DNA from: an uncultured bacterium
Lineage (GTDB): Bacteria; Bacteroidota; Bacteroidia; Bacteroidales; CAIWKO01
NCBI GenBank assembly: GCA_903862465.1
Contig: CAIOYH010000217.1
Span: forward strand, 2,608-66,607
Length of the DNA: 64,000 nt
Direction: 5' to 3'
The first letter of the stretch is position 1; each line of letters opens with the position of its first letter. Shown in pieces: positions 19,405 through 26,265 of the stretch. The translations under genes were made by a program, and so were the position numbers. Below the pieces are notes generated by a model. The model worked only from the letters and a program-made list of their open reading frames with translations, made no database searches and was not told where the DNA came from.

Positions 19405-21546
19405 ATGACATCAAGATTGCATATATTATATATGGTACCGAATAATCTGTTTTATTGCGCAATCAATAAAAGGTTTATCTTTCAGGTAGTGTTGCTTTTA
19501 TTGCCTTTCACTTTGGTGGCACAAGTGAATACAACCAATTGTCCCAATAGTGATTTCTCCATGCATAACTTCACAAACTGGACCGGCTTTTATGGTATTG
19601 ATGGAGATTGTGGTAATACGTATGTTACGGGTATCAGTACGAATGCTAACCCCACCTTATCACATCATACCATTATAACTACCAATGGGTTTGATCCTTA
19701 TACGAATAATGGCTTACAACTAATACCTCCCGGAGTGGGACAGGTAGCTAAGTTAGGTAACAATGGAACCAATTGCGGTTATGAAGGCTTATCCTATCAA
19801 TTGACAGTTGACACCAATGTTAGCGGTTTATTTATTTACCATTTTGCTGCTGTTTTACAAGAACCCGGTCATCCCCCTAACGAACAACCCAAGTTTACGG
19901 TTCAAATTTTTGATGCTTTTGGCAATGTGATGGCAACTTCTTGTGCAAACTTCATCTATGTTGCAGGCACTCCGGGAATGAACGCTACGTGTAACGCAAA
20001 TATTTGTTGGTTCAATTGGAGAACTATTGGGATAAGTTTGAAGCAATACCAAGGACAGACAATTCGAGTGGTTTTCACAACCTATGATTGTACACGCGGA
20101 CAACATTTTGGGTATGCCTATCTGTATGCCTATTGTTATCCACGAAAAATCAACCTTAGATATTGCGCCAATAATGCTCAAGCAACACTTACAGCCCCTA
20201 GCGGCTTCAATTATCTTTGGTCGCCGGGAGGTGCCACAACACAAAATCTAACCGTAAACAATCCTGTGAACAATACGCTTTATACCTGCATAATTACATC
20301 CCCAACCAATAATGCCTGCACAGACACCTTAAAAACTTTTATCACAATTAGTCCTACCTATAATCTCTCTCAAAATGCCACTATTTGTTCAGGGAGCAGT
20401 TATACCTTGCCCAATGGTACGGTGGTTTCAACCGCCGGTAGCTATCTGTCTCACTTGACTACCTTAGTTACGGGCTGTGACAGTAATATAACGGTCAACG
20501 TAAATGTAAATCCCAATATTACGCCAACATTTAACCCTGTAGCTCCTATCTGTTCGGGAGCCACATTAGCTGCCTTGCCTACCACATCTCTGAATGGTAT
20601 CACGGGAACATGGTCGCCTGCTTTGAATAATACCGCAACAACCACCTACACATTTACTCCATTCGGAGGGCAATGTGCTGTTACAACAACGATGACTATA
20701 ACTGTAACCCCCAATATTACGCCAACATTTAACCCTGTAGCTCCTATCTGTTCGGGAGCAAGCTTGTCTGCCTTACCAAGCATATCTCTGAATGGCATAA
20801 CAGGGACTTGGTCACCTGCCTTGAATAATGCGGCTACAACAACCTACACATTTACGCCGACCCTTGGGCTATGTGCCACACTAGCAACAATGACTATAAA
20901 TGTAAATCCCATTTTTACGCCAACATTTAACCCTGTCACCCCTATCTGTTCGGGAGCAACTTTATCTGCTTTGCCAACCACATCGCTGAATGGAATAACA
21001 GGCTTATGGTCACCTGCAATGAACAATACGGCAACAACTATCTACACATTTACGCCAACAGCAGGGCAATGCGCCACAACCGCTACGATGACGATAACCG
21101 TAAATCCAATTATCACTCCAACCTTTACTGCCGTACCCCCCATCTGTATTGGAGCAACAGTAGCTGCCTTGCCTACAACATCTTTGAATGGCATAACAGG
21201 AACATGGTCTCCTGCCTTGAATAATACAGCAACAACTACCTATACATTTACGCCTACCCCGGGACAATGCGCTTCAACAGTAACTATGACCATCACCGTC
21301 AATCCAAATATTACTCCTATCTTTCCTCCTTTAGGTCCCTATTGTGTTGGAGCAACACCGGCTTTACTAACAACCACATCAACCAATGGAATCACAGGAC
21401 TATGGAACCCTGCCTCAATTTCAACAGCAACCGCAGGAAACACCTTTTATACGTTCACCCCAACAGCAGGACAGTGTGCTACTGATACCAATATGTCTAT
21501 AATCATAAATCCAAACCCAAATCCAAGCAATATCTTTCATCAATAA
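19405..21546 (+). CDS. Secreted repeat-rich surface protein (five 66-aa Ig-like modules)
   Basis: Signal-like N-terminus (FIFQVVLLLLPFTLVAQ), a Cys-rich N-terminal domain, then 5 modules PNITPTFNPVAPICSGA...GQCA..TMTITVN. Ends in NPNPNPSNIFHQ. Confidence 0.7.
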   Translation: MTSRLHILYMVPNNLFYCAINKRFIFQVVLLLLPFTLVAQVNTTNCPNSDFSMHNFTNWTGFYGIDGDCGNTYVTGISTNANPTLSHHTIITTNGFDPYTNNGLQLIPPGVGQVAKLGNNGTNCGYEGLSYQLTVDTNVSGLFIYHFAAVLQEPGHPPNEQPKFTVQIFDAFGNVMATSCANFIYVAGTPGMNATCNANICWFNWRTIGISLKQYQGQTIRVVFTTYDCTRGQHFGYAYLYAYCYPRKINLRYCANNAQATLTAPSGFNYLWSPGGATTQNLTVNNPVNNTLYTCIITSPTNNACTDTLKTFITISPTYNLSQNATICSGSSYTLPNGTVVSTAGSYLSHLTTLVTGCDSNITVNVNVNPNITPTFNPVAPICSGATLAALPTTSLNGITGTWSPALNNTATTTYTFTPFGGQCAVTTTMTITVTPNITPTFNPVAPICSGASLSALPSISLNGITGTWSPALNNAATTTYTFTPTLGLCATLATMTINVNPIFTPTFNPVTPICSGATLSALPTTSLNGITGLWSPAMNNTATTIYTFTPTAGQCATTATMTITVNPIITPTFTAVPPICIGATVAALPTTSLNGITGTWSPALNNTATTTYTFTPTPGQCASTVTMTITVNPNITPIFPPLGPYCVGATPALLTTTSTNGITGLWNPASISTATAGNTFYTFTPTAGQCATDTNMSIIINPNPNPSNIFHQ
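20512..21502 (+). repeat. Five tandem 198-bp coding repeats (66-aa modules)
   Basis: Unit anchors at 20512, 20710, 20908, 21106 and 21304. Confidence 0.85.
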
Positions 21547-21578
21547 TTAAAAATAATATTAATTAAAATAAATACGCC

Positions 21579-23147
21579 ATGAAAAATTCGAGATTATTAT
21601 TACTAGTTTGTCTTTTCGTTTTTGTGTCAATAAAAGTAAAAGCACAAATCCCGAGTGGATATGTTCAAAATCCTGCAACCCAATCGGTGTGCAAAGATGA
21701 AATTAAAGACTATTATATTTCAGGAAGTATTGGTTCTACCTTTACGTGGGAAATAGTTGCTCCAGGTGGTGCTGCCAATATCATTTTACCGGCTTCCGGA
21801 AATGGACCGGTGTTCGGTGTGAATCTCGACCACATCCAAATCATTTGGGGGACGGACGGCGTTTTCACCTTACAAGTTACGGAGACCACGAATTCAATAC
21901 CGGCGTGTAGCGTAACAAGAACCATGGTGATAAACGTAAACCCCAACATCACACCCACCTTTGCCGCTTTAGGTCCCTATTGTTTAGGCGCCTCGCCCGG
22001 TGTATTGCCTACAACTTCCACAAATTTATACACGGGGACATGGAACCCTGCAATCATATCTACAACACTTGTCGGAAACCTTACTTATACCTTCACGCCC
22101 ACAGCCGGACAATGCGCCACCACGGCTATCATGTCAATAACAATAAACCCATTACCTATTGCAACCGCCACCAACAATGGTCCTATCTGCGCCAACACCA
22201 CCTTATCTTTAACAGGCGGCACAAACGGTATGACAACTTACAATTGGTCAGGTCCGAACACCTATGCAAACACTACCCAAAGCCCCGTCGTTTCTGCCCT
22301 AGCCACCCCATCCATGTCCGGCATATATACCTTAACTATCAGCGACGGAACCTGCACCAACTCTGCATCTACCAATGTAACCGTTAACCCCTTACCCACT
22401 GCCATCGCCGCCAACAATGGTCCTATTTGCGCCAACACCTCTTTATCCCTAACAGGTGGCGCAAACGGCATGACCTCTTACTCATGGTCAGGTCCAAACA
22501 CATTTGCAAACAACACCCAAAGTCCTGTCGTTTCTGCAATTGCAACACCTGCAATGTCGGGAACCTATACTTTAACTATCAGCGACGGAACTTGTACCAA
22601 TTCTGCCTCAACAAACGTAAACGTCAACCCCTTGCCTACTGCCACCGCCACCAACAATGGTCCTATCTGCGCCAACACCACCTTATCCTTAACAGGCGGC
22701 GCAAACGGCATGACATCTTACAATTGGTCAGGACCCAACACCTTTTCAAACAACACCCAAAGCCCTGTCGTTTCTACCAACGCCACACCTGCAATGTCGG
22801 GAACCTACACCTTAACTATCAGCGACGGAACCTGTACCAACTCCGCATCTACCAATGTAACCGTCAATCCATTACCCATTGCCACCGCTTCCAACAACGG
22901 ACCTATATGCGAAGGGGCAACCTTATCCTTGCTCGGCGGCACAAACGGCATGACATCTTACAATTGGACAGGACCCAACACCTACGCAAACGCTACCCAA
23001 AGCCCCGTTGTTTCAACAAACGCTACGCTATCCATGTCAGGAACATACACCTTAACCATCAGCAACGGAACCTGTACCAACACAGCATCCACCAATGTAA
23101 CCATCAATCCTTTGCCCAACCCTTCAGGCATTTGGCATAATCCTTAA
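21579..23147 (+). CDS. Secreted repeat-rich surface protein (one 66-aa module plus four near-identical 80-aa Ig-like modules)
   Basis: Signal peptide MKNSRLLLLVCLFVFVSIKVKAQ, and 4 modules PLP.A.A.NNGPIC...YNWSGPNT...GTYTLTISDGTCTNSASTNVTVN. Ends in NPLPNPSGIWHNP. Confidence 0.75.
   Translation: MKNSRLLLLVCLFVFVSIKVKAQIPSGYVQNPATQSVCKDEIKDYYISGSIGSTFTWEIVAPGGAANIILPASGNGPVFGVNLDHIQIIWGTDGVFTLQVTETTNSIPACSVTRTMVINVNPNITPTFAALGPYCLGASPGVLPTTSTNLYTGTWNPAIISTTLVGNLTYTFTPTAGQCATTAIMSITINPLPIATATNNGPICANTTLSLTGGTNGMTTYNWSGPNTYANTTQSPVVSALATPSMSGIYTLTISDGTCTNSASTNVTVNPLPTAIAANNGPICANTSLSLTGGANGMTSYSWSGPNTFANNTQSPVVSAIATPAMSGTYTLTISDGTCTNSASTNVNVNPLPTATATNNGPICANTTLSLTGGANGMTSYNWSGPNTFSNNTQSPVVSTNATPAMSGTYTLTISDGTCTNSASTNVTVNPLPIATASNNGPICEGATLSLLGGTNGMTSYNWTGPNTYANATQSPVVSTNATLSMSGTYTLTISNGTCTNTASTNVTINPLPNPSGIWHNP
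22148..23107 (+). repeat. Four tandem 240-bp coding repeats (80-aa modules), very similar at the DNA level
   Basis: AACAATGG anchors at 22173, 22413, 22653 and 22893. Confidence 0.85.
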
Positions 23148-23170
23148 ACCCTGATTGAATCACCCGGCTC

Positions 23171-24166
23171 ATGAAAAAACAGTTCATCATAATTTGTTTA
23201 GTACTCCTTACGCTCCCAAGCAATGCCCAAGTGGACACTGTTTGCGTGGGTACTATCCATACCTATGGTGTAAATGGCAGCCTTGGCTCCACCTATACAT
23301 GGAATGTAAACGGCTGCACCATATTATCCAACCCTGCCACCAACAATTCCATTGATGTTCATTGGGACGCTGTTGGCATACATCCCATTTCCGTAACAGA
23401 AACCAACATCAATCATTGCAGCAAGACCATATTAGACTCCGTATTGGTTCTCCCCTTACCTTATGTCAACTTCGAAACTGACACAACCATCTGCTGCTCA
23501 ACCCAACCCTTCACCTTGATAGCCACCAATCCCAATGCCACCTACCTATGGCAAGACGGCTCCACAGCCTCCTCCTTCCCTGTCACCACAGCAGGAACCT
23601 ATTGGGTCCAAGTCTCCTTGGGCAATTCATGCTCCATCATAGATTCTATTCATGTCGATTGCGCCATAGTCCCGTCCGACAATTTCTTCCTACACGACAC
23701 CACACTTTGTGAAGGACTCCCTTTAGATGTCACCATCCCCAACTATTACAACTCAATCAGGTGGTCTGATGGAGACATACTCAGCTACACAAAGCGGTTT
23801 GAACTCCCCGGCTACTACTATGTAGAATTAAAAAGCCAATGCCTCTCCCTATTTAAAGACTTCAACCTATTCTACAAAGATTGCAATTGCTATTTATACT
23901 ATCCCAATGCTTTCACGCCCAACGAAGACAACATCAACGAATGCTTCGCCGCCAAATACGAATGCGACTTCGACTACTATCACTTCTATATCTACAACCG
24001 TTGGGGCGAACTCATTTTCCACACCAACGACCCATCCGCCTGTTGGGACGGCACCTACAAAAACCGCGTCGTTCCCCAAGGCGTCTATGTATGGATAGTT
24101 GATTACTCCGGCACCATCACCCACGGCATGCAAACTCGAAAAGGAACCGTCACGGTGGTGAAGTAG
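23171..24166 (+). CDS. Surface protein with a T9SS type B (gliding-motility-associated, CHU_C-like) C-terminal sorting domain
   Basis: Signal peptide MKKQFIIICLVLLTLPSNAQ, and a C-terminus YYPNAFTPNEDNINECF...FYIYNRWGELIFHTND...CWDGTYKNRVVPQGVYVWIVDY...KGTVTVVK. Confidence 0.8.
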   Translation: MKKQFIIICLVLLTLPSNAQVDTVCVGTIHTYGVNGSLGSTYTWNVNGCTILSNPATNNSIDVHWDAVGIHPISVTETNINHCSKTILDSVLVLPLPYVNFETDTTICCSTQPFTLIATNPNATYLWQDGSTASSFPVTTAGTYWVQVSLGNSCSIIDSIHVDCAIVPSDNFFLHDTTLCEGLPLDVTIPNYYNSIRWSDGDILSYTKRFELPGYYYVELKSQCLSLFKDFNLFYKDCNCYLYYPNAFTPNEDNINECFAAKYECDFDYYHFYIYNRWGELIFHTNDPSACWDGTYKNRVVPQGVYVWIVDYSGTITHGMQTRKGTVTVVK

Positions 24167-24214
24167 CTCCTATTTTGCCATATATTTTCCCTTTTGGAAA
24201 AAGGTATTTTTTAT

Positions 24215-24490
24215 TTTATTACCACGGAGGCACTAAGGGCACTAAGTTACACTAAGAGAAATTAACCACATAGACACATAGGCACATAGGAGAAATATTT
24301 ATTGTGTTCCTGCCTGACTGCATCACGCATGCAGGCTTGTGTTTTTCACCTTGTGTAACTTGTGGTAAAGAAAACAAATAACCACAAAGGACACAATAGA
24401 AAGCACAAAGAGTACAACGTTTCTCTGTTTACCTCTGTGTTTTCCTCTGTTCACTCTGTGTTTAAAATATACTTCTATGTGGTAAGCCCA
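24215..24490. repeat. Mosaic 'word' repeat region between convergent genes (CACTAAG, CACATAG, CACAAAG, CTCTGTGT words) with a central hairpin CTGCAT-CACGC-ATGCAG
   Basis: Iterated 8-10-nt words and partially inverted copies (ACCACATAG ... CTATGTGGT). Confidence 0.75.
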
Positions 24491-24553
24491 AAAAAAAACA
24501 GGAACACATCGTATCCCTGTCTTTTCCAACATCCTTTTTTGTCTTGTTTTTCC

Positions 24554-25171
24554 TCATCTGATGGTGAATAATATCGGATCGCTACCTTCCATCAAACCAT
24601 CAGAAGTCACCGAACGAACTCTGAACCAGAGTTTCGTATCGGGCGTATAACCTTTCAGATTGGTTTTGCGTTGGGTGGAAGCACCTGCAAAAAGCCAATC
24701 TTTGTCCGCAGCAGGTAAAGTGCTTGTGGCACTCACCTGCCAAATATAGGCGCCTGCTTTTGGAAAAGCAACGCATCCTATAGTCATTTCACCTGAAGCC
24801 ACGCCCGCGATAATCCAAAAATCATCCCGTTGCGATGGAATAGGTTCCTTAGATAATTCAAAACCACTACTGATAAGTATGTTTTCGTTCCCTTGAGCTA
24901 TCCCCTCAACATACCATGCCAATCTACGTAAAACATTTACACTTTTTTTCTTCGACTCTTTTAAGTCTGCTTTATCTTGCTTACTTCCATCTTTAGCTGT
25001 AGCGGCTTTGCTTTCGGTATCATCCAAAGCGGTTTTCAGGCTGGCTAAAGTGGGATCAGGAGTCACGAAATTAGGATTGTTGGACATTTTGGTGTGAACC
25101 GAACGTCCGAACACAATGAGCGCCGGTGCTGCCAGGCGCCAAAAACTTAACAAAATTCTTTTCATTCTCAT
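24554..25171 (-). CDS. Hypothetical protein with an FN3-like C-terminal tail
   Basis: C-terminus TKLWFRVRSVTSDGLMEGSDPILFTI has an FN3 F-G strand-like pattern. An alternative start is the ATG at 25087 (MSNNPNF...). The longer form would add a signal-like MRMKRILLSFWRLAAPALIVFG. Confidence 0.5.
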   Translation of the reverse strand: MRMKRILLSFWRLAAPALIVFGRSVHTKMSNNPNFVTPDPTLASLKTALDDTESKAATAKDGSKQDKADLKESKKKSVNVLRRLAWYVEGIAQGNENILISSGFELSKEPIPSQRDDFWIIAGVASGEMTIGCVAFPKAGAYIWQVSATSTLPAADKDWLFAGASTQRKTNLKGYTPDTKLWFRVRSVTSDGLMEGSDPILFTIR

Positions 25172-25312
25172 AACTGTAATTTTTTTTTGATTAATATTTA
25201 TGTTGACTTAAAAAAAGGATGTTCTTTTGGAATTTGAAGCAAGGTGTCGTTTGCAACATCTGTAAATTCAGGATGCTACCTGCAATTTTTTCCGAAACAA
25301 ATCGAACCCGAT

Positions 25313-25627
25313 CCCTACCACTTGTCATCGGGTCCATACTACTTGTAAAAGGGACAAAACCACTTGTAACAGGTAGATTACTTGTTGTAAAAAATACAAT
25401 ACCATGTGTAAAAAGTAGATTACTAGTTGTAAAAAGTACAATACCACTTGTAAAAGGTCGAATACCACTTGTAATCGTACCACTACCACCTGTAATTGGT
25501 CGAATACCACTTGCAATCGGACCAATACCACTTGTAATCGGTCGAATACCACTTGTAATCGGACCACTACCACTTGTAATCAGACCAATACCACTTGTAA
25601 TCGGTCGAGTTTCAATTGAAATTACGT
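25313..25627. repeat. Tandem array, 15 units of exactly 21 bp (consensus ACCACTTGTAATCGGTCGAAT)
   Basis: CTTGT anchors run from 25321, 25342, 25363 through to 25594, all 21 bp apart with no indels. Confidence 0.92.
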
Positions 25628-25968
25628 GCATGCCAATTATTACTGACTGAATATCAGTTGCCTTTAAGAATTTACAATATCCTATTGACGGGAAGCTAGC
25701 ACGAAAACCAACCAACCGCATAGCTTCGACCGAAATACGCAAATTTGTATTCTGATTCGTTTTGCTCCCATACAGATGGAACAGCAAAAAGCAAAACAAG
25801 CCTTGTTTCCGATTCAAATTTGCTATGTTGTTACTTTTATTCATATTTATTTTAGAATTGTCAAATATTCTTTTTACTTTTGCTCTCTCATTTTTGGTTT
25901 TGCTGTTGTTTTTTTTTGCTTTCCGAAAACAAAAGTACATCCAATGAAAAGCGAAATGCTAGGCATAT

Positions 25969-26031
25969 CAGTTAACGGTAGGATTTTTTCAGTTAACGGT
26001 AGGTTTTGGACAGTTAACGGTAAAATGGGGT
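25969..26031. repeat. Three 21-bp direct repeats CAGTTAACGGTAgg (GTTAAC palindromic core)
   Basis: Copies start at 25969, 25990 and 26011, about 235 bp upstream of the 26266 operon. Confidence 0.85.
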
Positions 26032-26265
26032 TTTTATAAATTGAGATTTTTTTTGTTTTTTTTATTGTTGAATTAATTTTATTTGTAATTTTACAGGCTG
26101 AAATATTTAAATAGGTTTTATATTGAAAAGAGTGGAAAAATATTATGGGTCGAAGCAGCCGCTGAACCTCAACCTTAACGTAAAAATGGGTGGTTTATTA
26201 ATTGCCAAAACTCCAAAAAGAAAAATAAATTTTGATTAGCATTTACAAGCAAAAAATTAAAAACA

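Noticed and set aside
20512-23107. Diversity-generating retroelement (template/variable repeat) explanation for the near-identical coding repeats
   Set aside because: No reverse transcriptase is nearby. Differences between units are not adenine-specific, and the repeats are in-frame domain duplications.
19405-24166. A single giant adhesin gene broken into three pseudogene pieces
   Set aside because: Each ORF begins with its own signal peptide after an AT-rich spacer, and the first two end with similar, apparently purposeful tails. I see no frameshift signature.
25191-25940. ORFs running through the 21-bp array (25191-25940 minus, 25219-25650 plus, 25325-25573 minus) that would encode heptad-repeat proteins
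   Set aside because: Three frames on both strands are open only because the repeated unit lacks stops. There is no credible start context, and the flanking parts of the ORFs are junk-like. The same argument applies to 45213-45515, 45326-45511 and 56404-56745/56499-56732.
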